Assembly: GCA_049437325.1 (NCBI GenBank)
Contig: JBMTIM010000001.1
Span: 80,738 to 144,737, forward strand
Direction of reading: 5' to 3'
Source of the DNA: Acidimicrobiales bacterium
Lineage (GTDB): Bacteria; Actinomycetota; Acidimicrobiia; Acidimicrobiales; Aldehydirespiratoraceae
Length of the DNA stretch: 64,000 bases
Under the pieces are notes generated by a model, which was given only the letters and a program-made list of their open reading frames with translations, had not been told where the DNA came from and made no database searches. Positions 42,301-52,274 of this stretch are shown piece after piece. The stretch's first letter is position 1. Every line of letters begins with the position of its first letter. The position numbers and the translations under genes were made by a program.

Positions 42301-43044
42301 ATGAGTACCGACGATCGAGTCACCACCGAACGGGCCCGTTTCGCAGCATGGTCGAAGGCCGCCGAGGAGTCGGGTGACGAGCCTGCGCTCCCGGCCGCCA
42401 CCGTCATCGTGCTGCGCGACGGAACCGACGGGCCCGAGACGCTCATGCTGCGAAAGAACAGCACCATTGCATTCGGTGGGATGTGGGTGTTTCCCGGCGG
42501 GAAGGTCGATGACACCGACTGGGAGGGCGCCGACGATGCCGTGGCCGCCGCTGCGAATGCAGCCGTACGAGAAGCCGCCGAAGAAGCTCGTTTGCGGATC
42601 GAGCTCGACGACATGGTCGTTTTTGCCCACTGGATTCCACCGGCGATTGCGCCGAAGCGGTACGCCACGTGGTTCTTCGCCGCTCCGGTCGACGACGACG
42701 ACGTGATCATCGACGACGGCGAGATCGTCGACATGGAGTGGACAACTCCAGCGGCTGCGATCGACAGGCACCACCGCGGTGAGATCGAGATCGTGCCACC
42801 CACGTGGGTGACGCTCGACCTGCTCACCGGTCACGACACGGTGGCATCGCTGCTGGCGTTCCTCGACGAACGACCGGCCCGCTACCACGCCACCAAAGTC
42901 ACCCGGGGTGGTGAGCATCCCGTCGTGATGTGGCACGGCGATGCCGGCTACGACACAGGTGATCCCACCATCGACGGGCCGCGCCACCGACTCACCATGA
43001 AGCCCGACGGCTACGTGTACGAAGACGACGGAGTGCTCGATTGA
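42301..43044 (+). CDS. NUDIX hydrolase
   Basis: Track ORF 42274..43044. ATG 42301 preferred. Nudix box GGKVDDTDWEGADDAVAAAANAAVREAAEEARL. Confidence 0.85.
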   Translation: MSTDDRVTTERARFAAWSKAAEESGDEPALPAATVIVLRDGTDGPETLMLRKNSTIAFGGMWVFPGGKVDDTDWEGADDAVAAAANAAVREAAEEARLRIELDDMVVFAHWIPPAIAPKRYATWFFAAPVDDDDVIIDDGEIVDMEWTTPAAAIDRHHRGEIEIVPPTWVTLDLLTGHDTVASLLAFLDERPARYHATKVTRGGEHPVVMWHGDAGYDTGDPTIDGPRHRLTMKPDGYVYEDDGVLD

Positions 43045-45380
43045 CCGACGCACCGACCGGCCTCACCGGCGCCGAGGTCGCCGCCCGCGTCGCCGACGGC
43101 CGGGTCAACAATGTTCCCGACGCGCCGGTACGCACGGTCCCCCAGATCATCCGGGCGAACGTGTTCACGCCCGTCAACGCGATCATCGGCACCCTCTTCG
43201 TGCTGATCCTGGTCGCCGGCTACCCCGCCGACGCACTGTTCGCCGGTGTCGTCGTCTCCAACTCGGTGATCGGCATTGCACAGGAGGTGCAGGCCCGGCG
43301 CACGCTCAATGCGCTCGCTGTGCTCTCGGCGCCAAAAGCCCGTGTCCGTCGCGACGGCATCACGACCGAGATCGGGGTGAGTGGCGTCGTCGCCGACGAG
43401 ATCCTCGAACTCGCACCCGGTGATCAGGTGGTCGTCGACGGTGACGTCATGGCGGCATCGGGTCTCGAGATCGACGAATCGCTGCTCACCGGCGAGTCTG
43501 ACCCGGTGGAGAAGCGCATCGGCGACCGGGTCATGTCGGGGTCGTTCGTGTCGGCCGGTTCCGGTCTGTACTGCGCGACCCATATCGGGGCCGAGTCCTA
43601 CGCAGCGAAGCTGTCCGAGGAAGCCCGACGGTTCGAGCTCGCCGGCAGTGAACTTCGGCGCGGCGTCGATCTCGTGCTGCGCTGGCTGACCTTCATCATC
43701 CCGCCGGCGTCGATCCTGCTCCTGCTTCGTCAGCTCGACACCCAGGATCGGTGGCAGGACGCGCTCCAGGCCACGGTGGCTGCTGCAGTTGCGATGGTGC
43801 CCGACGGCCTCGTGCTGCTGACCAGCTTGAGTTTCATCACCGGGGTGATCGCGCTCGCCCGCCGTCAGGCGTTGGCGAAGGAACTGGCATCGGTCGAATT
43901 GCTGGCCCGGGTGGACACCCTGTGCCTCGACAAGACGGGCACGATCACCACCGGTGAGATCAGTCTCTCGCGCATCGAGGTTGTGGGTGACAGCGGCGAA
44001 GACGACGCAGCCGCAGTGCTCGGGGCGCTCGGTGCATCGGACCCGTCACCGAACGCGACCCTCGCTGCCATCGTCGAGCACTACCACGCACCCGACGACT
44101 GGCATGCCACTCGGACGCTGCCGTTCTCGTCGGCCCGCAAATGGGCCGCCACCGAGTTCGGCGAGCGAGGCACCTATTACCTCGGCGCTCCCGATGTGCT
44201 CTTCGACGCTGACGATCACGACGAGCGGGCCCAGGCCGAGGCGGCAGCGGCGACGGGGCTGCGGGTTCTGCTCGTCACCCGGTCCGATGACGGTTGGCAC
44301 GATCAGAAACTTGGTTCGAGCCGCACGCCTGTGTGCCTGGTGCTGCTCGAGGACACAGTGCGTCCTGATGCCCCCGAGATCTTCGCCTTCTTCAAGGAGC
44401 AGGGGGTGCAACTCAAGGTGATCTCGGGTGACAACCCGGCGACCGTCGCCGAGGTGGCACGCCGGGCCGGGGTGGACGGCGCCGACACGTGGGTCGACGC
44501 ACGCACCATCCCCGACGACCCGGACGGACTGGCCGATCAACTCGAGACCACGACCGTGTTCGGGCGCGTCACTCCTCACCAGAAACGAGCGATGGTCCAC
44601 GCACTCCAGAGTCGAGGGCGCACCGTCGCCATGACCGGCGATGGTGTCAATGACGTCCTGGCACTCAAGGACGCCGACATGGGCATCGCGATGGGCGCAG
44701 GATCGTCTTCGACCCGCGCTGTCGCCCAACTCGTCCTGCTCGACAACCGGTTTGCCACCCTCCCCCGGGTGCTCTCGGAAGGACGGCGGGTCATCAACAA
44801 CATCGAACGGGTCGCCAACCTGTTCATCACGAAGGCGGCCTACGCCGTGCTGCTCACCGCCCTCGTCGGCATCGCCGGATCACCATTCCCGTTCCTCCCC
44901 CGCCAGCTCACCCTGATCGGCACGTTCTCGATCGGCGTCCCCGGCTTCTTCCTGGCCCTCGCCCCCAACGAGTCGCTCGTTCGGCCTGGGTTCCTCGAGC
45001 GGGTGCTGCGGTTCTCTCTGCCCGCTGGCACGGTGGCCGGCGCAATCACCTACGCGCTCTACGAATGGGTCCGCCGCCTCGACGGCGTCACCCTCGCCGA
45101 GGCTCGCACCGCAGCCACGGTGACCCTGCTTGGGATCGGCCTGACCATCCTGGTGCTCATCAGCCGTCCTCTGAGGCCGTGGAAGATCGGACTCGCAGTG
45201 GCGATGGCCGGCCTGTACGCCATCGTGATGGCGATCCCGTTCGGCCGCACCTACTTCGAACTCGATCTCCCGACCGGTGAAGGGTGGCTCGGCGTGGCCT
45301 GCGCAACGCTGATCGGCTCGGTGGGTGTCTGGGTTGCGAGCCGACTGTTCGGCCCCGAAGACAGCGGACGTGCATCATGA
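43041..45380 (+). CDS. Cation-translocating P-type ATPase (HAD-IC type)
   Basis: Track ORF, 779 aa. TTG start overlaps the NUDIX stop (TTGA). Motifs TGES, CLDKTGTITTG, MTGDGVNDVLALKDADMGIAMG. Confidence 0.9.
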   Translation: MTDAPTGLTGAEVAARVADGRVNNVPDAPVRTVPQIIRANVFTPVNAIIGTLFVLILVAGYPADALFAGVVVSNSVIGIAQEVQARRTLNALAVLSAPKARVRRDGITTEIGVSGVVADEILELAPGDQVVVDGDVMAASGLEIDESLLTGESDPVEKRIGDRVMSGSFVSAGSGLYCATHIGAESYAAKLSEEARRFELAGSELRRGVDLVLRWLTFIIPPASILLLLRQLDTQDRWQDALQATVAAAVAMVPDGLVLLTSLSFITGVIALARRQALAKELASVELLARVDTLCLDKTGTITTGEISLSRIEVVGDSGEDDAAAVLGALGASDPSPNATLAAIVEHYHAPDDWHATRTLPFSSARKWAATEFGERGTYYLGAPDVLFDADDHDERAQAEAAAATGLRVLLVTRSDDGWHDQKLGSSRTPVCLVLLEDTVRPDAPEIFAFFKEQGVQLKVISGDNPATVAEVARRAGVDGADTWVDARTIPDDPDGLADQLETTTVFGRVTPHQKRAMVHALQSRGRTVAMTGDGVNDVLALKDADMGIAMGAGSSSTRAVAQLVLLDNRFATLPRVLSEGRRVINNIERVANLFITKAAYAVLLTALVGIAGSPFPFLPRQLTLIGTFSIGVPGFFLALAPNESLVRPGFLERVLRFSLPAGTVAGAITYALYEWVRRLDGVTLAEARTAATVTLLGIGLTILVLISRPLRPWKIGLAVAMAGLYAIVMAIPFGRTYFELDLPTGEGWLGVACATLIGSVGVWVASRLFGPEDSGRAS

Positions 45381-46192
45381 GCGGGGCCCTGCTCGTCGAG
45401 CGCCTCGACCCGGGGATCCTCCTGGTCACGTTCAACCGGGCCGACACCATGAACGCCTTCTCCGGCGAGATGGCCGCCGGTCTCGTGGACGCGCTGCGCA
45501 CTGCCGACACGGACGACTCCGTTCGCGTCGTCGTGGTGACCGGTTCGGGCCGGGCGTTCTGTGCCGGAGCCGATGTCTCGAAGGGCGCCGGCACCTTCGA
45601 CACGCCGACGACGGACACCTTCTCCTCGGATCCGCTCGACGGCTTTCACCCGTGGGACTGCCGCAAGCCGGTCATCGCCGCCATCAACGGCCACGCCATC
45701 GGGATCGGGCTCACGATGACACTGCAGTGCGACATTCGGATCGTGGCGGACGAGGCCAAGCTCGGCATCGTCCAGAACCGGCGTGGTGTCCTCCCCGATG
45801 CCCACGCCCACTGGACCCTCCCCCGCCTCGTCGGGCACGCTCGGGCGGCCGACATCGTCCTCACCGGACGTACGTTCAGCGGTCACGACGCAGCGTCGTG
45901 GGGTCTCGCCACCGAGTCGCTCCCCGCCGCGAACGTGCTCGAGCGGGCTCTCGAACTCGCAGCCGAGATCGCCACCCATACCGCACCGGTGTCGGTCGGC
46001 GTGTCGAAGCGGCTGCTCTGGCGCTCCGCACCCTCCCCTGACGAGATCAACGAACTGGAACGCGACCTCCACCTGCACCTCATGGGCACCGCCGACTCCC
46101 GCGAGGGCGTGCAGGCGTTCTTGGAGCAGCGCGATCCTCAGTGGTCTCTGAGTCCGACCGCCGACTGGCCCCCGTGGCTCGACGAGCGTTGA
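45377..46192 (+). CDS. Enoyl-CoA hydratase/isomerase family protein
   Basis: Track ORF 45284..46192. Start at MSGALLVERL (ATG 45377), an ATGA overlap with the ATPase stop. VVVTGSGRAFCAGADV. Confidence 0.9.
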   Translation: MSGALLVERLDPGILLVTFNRADTMNAFSGEMAAGLVDALRTADTDDSVRVVVVTGSGRAFCAGADVSKGAGTFDTPTTDTFSSDPLDGFHPWDCRKPVIAAINGHAIGIGLTMTLQCDIRIVADEAKLGIVQNRRGVLPDAHAHWTLPRLVGHARAADIVLTGRTFSGHDAASWGLATESLPAANVLERALELAAEIATHTAPVSVGVSKRLLWRSAPSPDEINELERDLHLHLMGTADSREGVQAFLEQRDPQWSLSPTADWPPWLDER

Positions 46193-46211
46193 CCGGCGGG
46201 TCTCGGCGACA

Positions 46212-47081
46212 ATGAGCGACGTCCACGTCCTGATCAGTCCCGATGCCGGCCGCGGTCGAACCACAGGCACACGCGCTGACGTTCTCGATCGTCTGCGGGC
46301 TCTCGGCGCCCAGGTGATCGATGTCTCCGGCGCCAGTGCCGAGCAGTCCGCCTCCAACGCCCGCAGGGCCGTGGCCGATGGGGCACGGCGTCTCATCGTC
46401 CTCGGTGGCGACGGCATCGTCCACCTCGGGCTGCAAGCGGTTGCAGAAACCGAGACCATCCTCGGCGTGATCCCGATCGGTACCGGCAATGATTTCGTCC
46501 GCGGCCTCGACTGGATCCCCGACGATCCGCTCGAGGCGGCAGCCGTCGCACTCCACGACTTCACTCCCCTCGACGCACTTCGTTGCGGCGACCAGTGGAC
46601 CGCATCAGTCGTCACCGCCGGATTCAGCGGCGACGTCAACGAGCGGGCCGAGCGCCTCCGTCGTCCGCGGGGACCAAGTCGCTACACGGTGGCCACGATC
46701 CTCGAACTCCCGCAGCTCGCAGCGCGAGCGCTCGAACTCGACATCGATGGCGATGTGATCGCTCACCGAGCGACCATGCTCGCCGTTGCGAACACTGCGT
46801 GGTTCGGTGGCGGGATGCAGATCGCACCAGACGCCGATCCGAGCGACGGGCTTCTCGACGTCACCGTCGTGGACGAGATCGGTCGCCTCGAACTCCTCCG
46901 GTTCTTCAGCCGGGTCTTCAACGGCACCCATATGAGCCATCCGAAGGTGCACGGGTACCGCGGTCGATCGGTCCGGATCACCACCGACGAACCACTGGTG
47001 GTCTGGGGTGATGGCGAATGGGTCGGTCCGACCCCATGCACCATCGAGTCCGTGCCCGGAGCTCTCAGAATCGCCCGATGA
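46212..47081 (+). CDS. Diacylglycerol-kinase-family lipid kinase (YegS/BmrU type)
   Basis: Track ORF, 289 aa. LIVLGGDGIVH and IPIGTGNDFVRGL motifs. Confidence 0.85.
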   Translation: MSDVHVLISPDAGRGRTTGTRADVLDRLRALGAQVIDVSGASAEQSASNARRAVADGARRLIVLGGDGIVHLGLQAVAETETILGVIPIGTGNDFVRGLDWIPDDPLEAAAVALHDFTPLDALRCGDQWTASVVTAGFSGDVNERAERLRRPRGPSRYTVATILELPQLAARALELDIDGDVIAHRATMLAVANTAWFGGGMQIAPDADPSDGLLDVTVVDEIGRLELLRFFSRVFNGTHMSHPKVHGYRGRSVRITTDEPLVVWGDGEWVGPTPCTIESVPGALRIAR

Positions 47082-47103
47082 CACCCCCTTCGACCAACAT
47101 GAG

Positions 47104-47997
47104 ATGGCCATGATCATCAGCTGCGGGGAAGCCCTCGTCGATCTGGTCCCTGCACCGGTTCCCGGCGGTGGACCGATGAACGTCGCAGTGACCTGCGCTC
47201 GTCTCGGCGCGCCGACGGCCTTCGTCGGAAGAGTGTCGACGGACTCCCACGGTGAGGCGATCTGGGAGCACCTCGTGACATCGGGCGTGGACGTTCGGCT
47301 CACCCAGCGCGGGCCAGAGCCGACCTGTCGGGCCGAAGTGTTCGGCGATCCTCCCGTCTTCCGCTTCCACGGCGAACACACCGCCGACGTCTTCGTCGAG
47401 CCGCCCGACCCGGCCCTGCTGATCGGCGGCCCCCACCTGCTCCACGGAGGAACGCTGAGCATCTTCCGCGTACCGGGTGCCGGCGTGCTGGCCGAACTCG
47501 CCGAGTCCCTCGACGGCATCGTGTCGTTCGACCCCAATGTGCGACCGCAGATCATCGAGCAATTGGGGCGTGCCCAGTGGCAACCCTGGTTCGATCGTTG
47601 GTGCGCCGTCGCCTCGCTGTTCCGGGCGTCCGACGACGATCTCGCATGGATATGGCCGGATCGGGACGAGGACGACATCGCAGCCGAGCTGTTGGCCCGT
47701 GGCATCGTTGCGCTGATCACCACCCGCTCGGTCGACGTCACCGTGCACACGGCACAGGGTCACATCACCGTGCCAGTGCCGCCGGTCGAGGTGGTCGACA
47801 CGGTGGGGGCCGGCGACTCCTTCTGTGGCGGTGTCCTCACCCAACTCTGGGAACGGCACATCCACACCGTCGGGGCACTTGCCACCGTCACCCTGCGCGA
47901 GTGGCGTGAGATCGTCACCTTTGCGATCTCGGTCGCCGGGATCACGGTTCGGCGACAAGGTGCCGATCCGCCCTTCGTCGGCGACCTGTCGACCTAG
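47104..47997 (+). CDS. PfkB-family carbohydrate kinase (fructokinase-like)
   Basis: Track ORF 47008..47997. Start at MAMIISCGEALVDLV (ATG 47104). C-terminal DTVGAGDSF motif. Confidence 0.85.
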   Translation: MAMIISCGEALVDLVPAPVPGGGPMNVAVTCARLGAPTAFVGRVSTDSHGEAIWEHLVTSGVDVRLTQRGPEPTCRAEVFGDPPVFRFHGEHTADVFVEPPDPALLIGGPHLLHGGTLSIFRVPGAGVLAELAESLDGIVSFDPNVRPQIIEQLGRAQWQPWFDRWCAVASLFRASDDDLAWIWPDRDEDDIAAELLARGIVALITTRSVDVTVHTAQGHITVPVPPVEVVDTVGAGDSFCGGVLTQLWERHIHTVGALATVTLREWREIVTFAISVAGITVRRQGADPPFVGDLST

Positions 47998-48878
47998 GTT
48001 TCGTCCCACGCAACACGAAACCCGATGTTCCCGGTTGTCGTGTCTGGCGTGTTCGAACTGCGGGCTCCGACCCGGTAGCGATTGCAGTACGAGTCATGGC
48101 ACAGATACGAACCGCCGCGAACCACGCGCTGCCGAGCTCGCTCGTCGAACCAGTCGGCCGTCCACTCCCAGATGTTGCCGGCGACGTCGAAGAGGCCGTA
48201 CCCGTTCGGCGGGAAGGACCGCACGGGTGATGGTCCGATCCACCCGTCGTCGGCGGTGTTGTCGCTCGGGAACGTTCCTTGCCAGATGTTGCAGCGATGC
48301 TCGCCTGCTGGCTGCAGTTCGTCGCCCCAGGGATACCGCGCCTGGTCGAGGCCACCGCGCCCCGCCTTTTCCCATTCGGCCTCGGTCGGGAGCCGTCCAC
48401 CGACCCAGCGGGCATAGATCTGCGCCTCGTCCCAGTTGATGTGGATCACCGGGTGATCGTCACGGCCGGTCAGGTCGGCGTGCGGACCTTCGGGGTGACG
48501 CCAGTTCGCGCCCTCGACCACTCGCCACCACTCTGCGCCGACGACACCCTGGGTGGGTGGAAAGTCGTCCGGCAGCAGGCCACCGAACACGAAGGACCAG
48601 CCCTCACGCTCGGCGAGGGAAACGAAACCGGTCGCAGCGACGAACGCCTGCCACTCGGCGTTGGTGACCACGGTGGCGCCGATGGAGAATGCGTCCACCT
48701 CGACGCTCCGCACCGGCCCCTCTCGGTCGGCAGGAAATCGCTGATCGGTCGTCCCCATCCGAAACGATCCGGATGGAATCGTCACTCGGTCGGGGGCAGG
48801 CGCCCCACCGGGCCCCATGGGGGTGGCAGCAGGACCGCAGGCTTCACGGTTCGGTGGGCAACACGGCGATTCGGCCAT
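47994..48878 (-). CDS. Formylglycine-generating enzyme (SUMF1/FGE family)
   Basis: Track ORF, 294 aa. It is collinear with Streptomyces FGE as I recall it (HPVIHINWDEAQIYARWVGGRLPTEAEWEKAGRGG, RCNIWQGTFP, NIWEWTADW, RGGSYLCHDSYCNRYRVGARSSNTPD). Confidence 0.9.
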   Translation of the reverse strand: MAESPCCPPNREACGPAATPMGPGGAPAPDRVTIPSGSFRMGTTDQRFPADREGPVRSVEVDAFSIGATVVTNAEWQAFVAATGFVSLAEREGWSFVFGGLLPDDFPPTQGVVGAEWWRVVEGANWRHPEGPHADLTGRDDHPVIHINWDEAQIYARWVGGRLPTEAEWEKAGRGGLDQARYPWGDELQPAGEHRCNIWQGTFPSDNTADDGWIGPSPVRSFPPNGYGLFDVAGNIWEWTADWFDERARQRVVRGGSYLCHDSYCNRYRVGARSSNTPDTTTGNIGFRVAWDET

Positions 48879-48936
48879 TGCTGCAGTTTCGTCGTTGCGA
48901 TCGTCCGAGGGCGAGTCCTCGAGTGCGATGGTCGGC

Positions 48937-49281
48937 TCAGACCGCCCGGGCGAGCGCCGTGCGGGCTCGTTCTTCCGCTACGCGCTTGCGGCCGATGATC
49001 GGTGTGGTGGGGGCAAAGCCGGCTTCGGCCCGCTCGCTCTCGGACTCACCACCCCAGAAGCCCAGTTCCCGGTTCGTGCGTGCATAGGTGCGGCACATCT
49101 CGAGCGAGTCGCAGGACTCGCACACGTTCCGAGCAGCCGCCTCTCGCCGAACTCGCGCTTCGGGACGCTCGGCGAACGGGGCAAAGAACAGGTTGCTCTT
49201 GCCGTTGCATGCGGCTTCGTCCATCCAATCCGTGGGTCCGACCGGACCGGTGGAGTCGACGGCATCGAACATCTCGAGCAT
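48937..49281 (-). CDS. WhiB-family [4Fe-4S] transcriptional regulator
   Basis: Last 114 codons of track ORF 48937..49377. Start at MLEMFDAV (CAT 49279-49281), with GAGG 6 nt upstream. Cys pattern AACNGK...VCESCDSLEMC and the GFWGGES turn. Confidence 0.85.
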   Translation of the reverse strand: MLEMFDAVDSTGPVGPTDWMDEAACNGKSNLFFAPFAERPEARVRREAAARNVCESCDSLEMCRTYARTNRELGFWGGESESERAEAGFAPTTPIIGRKRVAEERARTALARAV

Positions 49282-49494
49282 GGCTACCTCGCTTCCCTGG
49301 AGCCCGCCACCGCACCGCAGGGTCCGGCGAAGCGCTCCTCGTTCGGCTGACGGTCCCCAACCTAGGAAGAACGGCACCGCTAGTCCCCAGAAGCGTCATG
49401 AATGTTAACGCTAGCTCTCATCGTTCCGACAGATGGATCCCTGATCGCCGAACTGTTCAAGGAATGCAGATCGACCATCGGGCCGACAAACCGA

Positions 49495-50703
49495 TCATGA
49501 TGCCGATGCCACCACGCCGTCATCGTGGAGTGCACCGATCTCTCCGGCCGAAAGCCCGAGCGTTTCTGCCAGGACCTGTTCGGTGTGCTCCCCCAGCCGC
49601 GGAGCCGCAGCCGGCTCGACCGGCAACTTCCCGCCGAACGCCACCGGTGAGCCTGGCGTGAGGTAGGTGCCGATACCGGGCTGTTCGAGATTGCGGAACA
49701 AGTCGCTCTCGAGCGAAACACGCGGGTCGCGGTCGACCAACTCCTTGAACGACTGGTAGCGACCCCAGCACACGCCGAGATCATCGAAACGGGCGGCAAC
49801 CTCGTCGATCGTGTGCGAAGCAATCCAGGGTGCCACCGCCGCTGTGATCGCCTCCCGGTGGGCAAACCGTGCTCCCTCGTCGCGAAAGCTCACTCCCAGC
49901 TCGGTCTCGATGGCGGCAACCGCATCCACCGCATCGGTCGCCTCCAGCAGGCCGCGCCACTGCTTGGGGCTGATGCCGACCGCGTAGACGACCGTGCCGT
50001 CCCGACAGGTGAAGGTCGTGCCATAGGCGCCATAGATGTCGTTGCCGAACCGTTCTCGCTCGGTGCCGTTGATCTGCGCCTCGGCCACGTGACCGAGCGC
50101 GCTCACTGCGACGAAGGCGACGTCGCTGAGCGCCAACGTCATCGACGATCCTTCACCGGTTCGGAGCCGGTGGCGGTCGGCTGCGAGAATCCCCAGGGCC
50201 GCCGTCTGCCCACAGATCAGATCCCAGGCCGGGAGGACATGGTTGATCGGCTCGGTTCCCTCCACCGGACCGGTCGCGGTCGGGTATCCGACCGCGCAGT
50301 TGACCGTGTAGTCGAGTGCGGTCGATCCGTCGCGATTGCCCGTGATGGCGAGCATCACGAGATCGTCGCAGTGCTGCGACAGCGACTCGTGGCTCATCCA
50401 ACCCCGGGCCGGGAAGTTGGTCAGGAATGTGCCCGCATCGGCGATCAGCGCGGTGAGCAACTCCTTGGCCCGGTCGCTGCGAAGGTCGACGGCGATCGAC
50501 CGCTTGCCCTTGTTCAGACCGGCCCAGTAGATCGACTCCCCCTCTGCGGTGAGGGGCCACCGCTTGAAGTCGATGCCACCGCCGATCTGATCGAACCGGA
50601 TCACGTCAGCCCCCAATTGGGCCAGGGTCATTCCCCCAGAGGGGGCGGCGACGAACGCCGACCCTTCGATCACCCGGAGCCCGTCGAGTGGAGGTGTCTG
50701 CAC
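49495..50703 (-). CDS. Family III (CaiB/BaiF) CoA-transferase
   Basis: Track ORF, 402 aa, GTG start. LDGLRVIEGSAFVAAPSGGMTLAQLGADVIRFD..., typical class III CoA-transferase. Confidence 0.9.
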   Translation of the reverse strand: MQTPPLDGLRVIEGSAFVAAPSGGMTLAQLGADVIRFDQIGGGIDFKRWPLTAEGESIYWAGLNKGKRSIAVDLRSDRAKELLTALIADAGTFLTNFPARGWMSHESLSQHCDDLVMLAITGNRDGSTALDYTVNCAVGYPTATGPVEGTEPINHVLPAWDLICGQTAALGILAADRHRLRTGEGSSMTLALSDVAFVAVSALGHVAEAQINGTERERFGNDIYGAYGTTFTCRDGTVVYAVGISPKQWRGLLEATDAVDAVAAIETELGVSFRDEGARFAHREAITAAVAPWIASHTIDEVAARFDDLGVCWGRYQSFKELVDRDPRVSLESDLFRNLEQPGIGTYLTPGSPVAFGGKLPVEPAAAPRLGEHTEQVLAETLGLSAGEIGALHDDGVVASAS

Positions 50704-50713
50704 GGCGCTCCTC

Positions 50714-52180
50714 TCAGCCGATCCAGTTGATCGACTGGATCTCGCTGTATGCCTCGATCCCCCACTTGCCGCGGTCGCGACCGACGCCGCTCATCTTGAA
50801 GCCGCCGAAGGGCGCCTCCATATGAGGCTGGATCACGTTCAGTCCGACATTCCCAGTCTCGAGCTGCTGGGCGATGCGATACGCCCGGTTGGTGTCACCC
50901 GAGAACACATAGCTGTAGAGGCCGTAGTCGGAGTCATTGGCCAACGCGATGGCGTGGTCGTCGTCGTCGGAGGGCATCACAACGATGACCGGCCCGAAGG
51001 CCTCCTCCCGGACGACGTGCATGTCGGGCGTACAGTCGGCGAGGAGCGTCGGTGCAACGTAGTAGCCGTCGAGGTCGGGACGTTCGCCGCCGCACACGAG
51101 TGTGGCGCCCGCATCGGTGCCGCGCCTGATGAAGTCCTCCACCCGATCACGATGCCCCTCGGTGATGACCGGGCCGACGATCGTGCCGGCGTCCTTCGGA
51201 TCGCCCACGGCCATGAACCCCGAGAAGGTCCCGAGCGTCTCGACCAGTTGGTCGTACACATCGCGGTGGGCGATCACCCGGGTCGGCGCAGTGCAGATCT
51301 GACCCGAGTGGAAGCCCCACACGGTGGCGATCGCCTGGGCTGCGCTTGCGATGTCGGCATCCTCGGTGACGATCGCTGCGCCCTTGCCGCCCAGCTCCAT
51401 GAGGAGGCGCTTCATCGTCTTGCCACCATTCGCCATGATCGTGGCCCCGACCGGCGACGATCCGGTGAACGAGATCATGTCGACATCGCGACTGTCGACG
51501 AGCGCGGCCGGCACCTCCGGTCCGGCACCGTTCACGATGTTGACCACGCCGGGTGGGAAGCCGGCTGCATCGATCGCCTCGCCGAGGAGGAAAATACCGA
51601 GTGGATCCTGAGGCGCCGGTTTGATCACGGTGGTGCAGCCGGCCGCGAGTGCCGGGGCGATCTTGCCTGCGACGTTGGTGACCGGGAAGTTGTAGGGCGT
51701 GATCGCCGCCACGACGCCGACCGGTTGGAGGGTCACCCGAGCCGACATGAGACCGGCGGGGCCGAGCGGGCCCTTCTCGACCGGCACTGGGGCGAGACTC
51801 TCGTCGAGATCGATCGGCGTGGCGTAGTAGCGAAATCGGTCGACCGCCGGACCGCCGACCTGGAGCGTCTCGGTGATCCGCTGCAGCGCACCGGTCTCGG
51901 CTTGCACGGTGGGCACCCAGTCGGCGGACCGGGCCGCAACCTCGTCGGCGAGGCGGCCGATGATCTCGCACCGTTCGGTCGGTGGCGTGTTCTTCCATCC
52001 CGTCGCCGCCGCTCGGGCTGCAGCTGCGGCGTCGAGGGCCTGCTCGACCGACGCCTCCGGTGCGTGGCCGACCACCTGCGTCGTGGCCGGATCGACGACG
52101 TCGTACGTGCCCGCCCCGGGGTCGACCCACGTACCGTCGATGAGCAGCTGCCAGTTCTTGTCGACGTCGATCGAAGTCAT
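50714..52180 (-). CDS. NAD(P)-dependent aldehyde dehydrogenase
   Basis: Track ORF, 488 aa. ALDH motifs ELGGKGAAIV and catalytic-Cys region FHSGQICTAPTR. Confidence 0.9.
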   Translation of the reverse strand: MTSIDVDKNWQLLIDGTWVDPGAGTYDVVDPATTQVVGHAPEASVEQALDAAAAARAAATGWKNTPPTERCEIIGRLADEVAARSADWVPTVQAETGALQRITETLQVGGPAVDRFRYYATPIDLDESLAPVPVEKGPLGPAGLMSARVTLQPVGVVAAITPYNFPVTNVAGKIAPALAAGCTTVIKPAPQDPLGIFLLGEAIDAAGFPPGVVNIVNGAGPEVPAALVDSRDVDMISFTGSSPVGATIMANGGKTMKRLLMELGGKGAAIVTEDADIASAAQAIATVWGFHSGQICTAPTRVIAHRDVYDQLVETLGTFSGFMAVGDPKDAGTIVGPVITEGHRDRVEDFIRRGTDAGATLVCGGERPDLDGYYVAPTLLADCTPDMHVVREEAFGPVIVVMPSDDDDHAIALANDSDYGLYSYVFSGDTNRAYRIAQQLETGNVGLNVIQPHMEAPFGGFKMSGVGRDRGKWGIEAYSEIQSINWIG

Positions 52181-52184
52181 GGAT

Positions 52185-52201
52185 CCTGACGATACGTCAG
52201 G
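52185..52201. promoter_or_regulatory. Perfect 7-3-7 inverted repeat CCTGACG-ATA-CGTCAGG (candidate operator) in ALDH/thiolase divergent region
   Basis: Seen directly. Starts 5 nt beyond the ALDH start codon, in the 117-nt divergent intergenic region. Confidence 0.5.
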
Positions 52202-52256
52202 TGTGTGCCGGGGCCGAAACGCCGACCTGCATCCGTGCCGTGAGCCGAGGATGTGG

Positions 52257-52274
52257 TGTTAACGTTCGTTCACA
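52257..52274. promoter_or_regulatory. Imperfect 8-2-8 palindrome TGTTAACG-TT-CGTTCACA upstream of thiolase
   Basis: 7 of 8 positions are complementary. A low-GC patch 24 nt upstream of the thiolase ATG, overlapping the probable promoter. Confidence 0.3.

Noticed and set aside
41590-43053. 487-aa minus-strand ORF covering the NUDIX gene, the candidate Sec ORF region and the imuA' promoter
   Set aside because: It is antisense to the NUDIX gene, which has a clear Nudix box. It would run through the LexA box and promoter and into imuA' in another frame. No motifs were recognised.
49446-49456. GAACTGTTC upstream of whiB as a possible third LexA box
   Set aside because: The half-sites are separated by 1 nt instead of the 4 nt required by the CGAAC-N4-GTTCG consensus.
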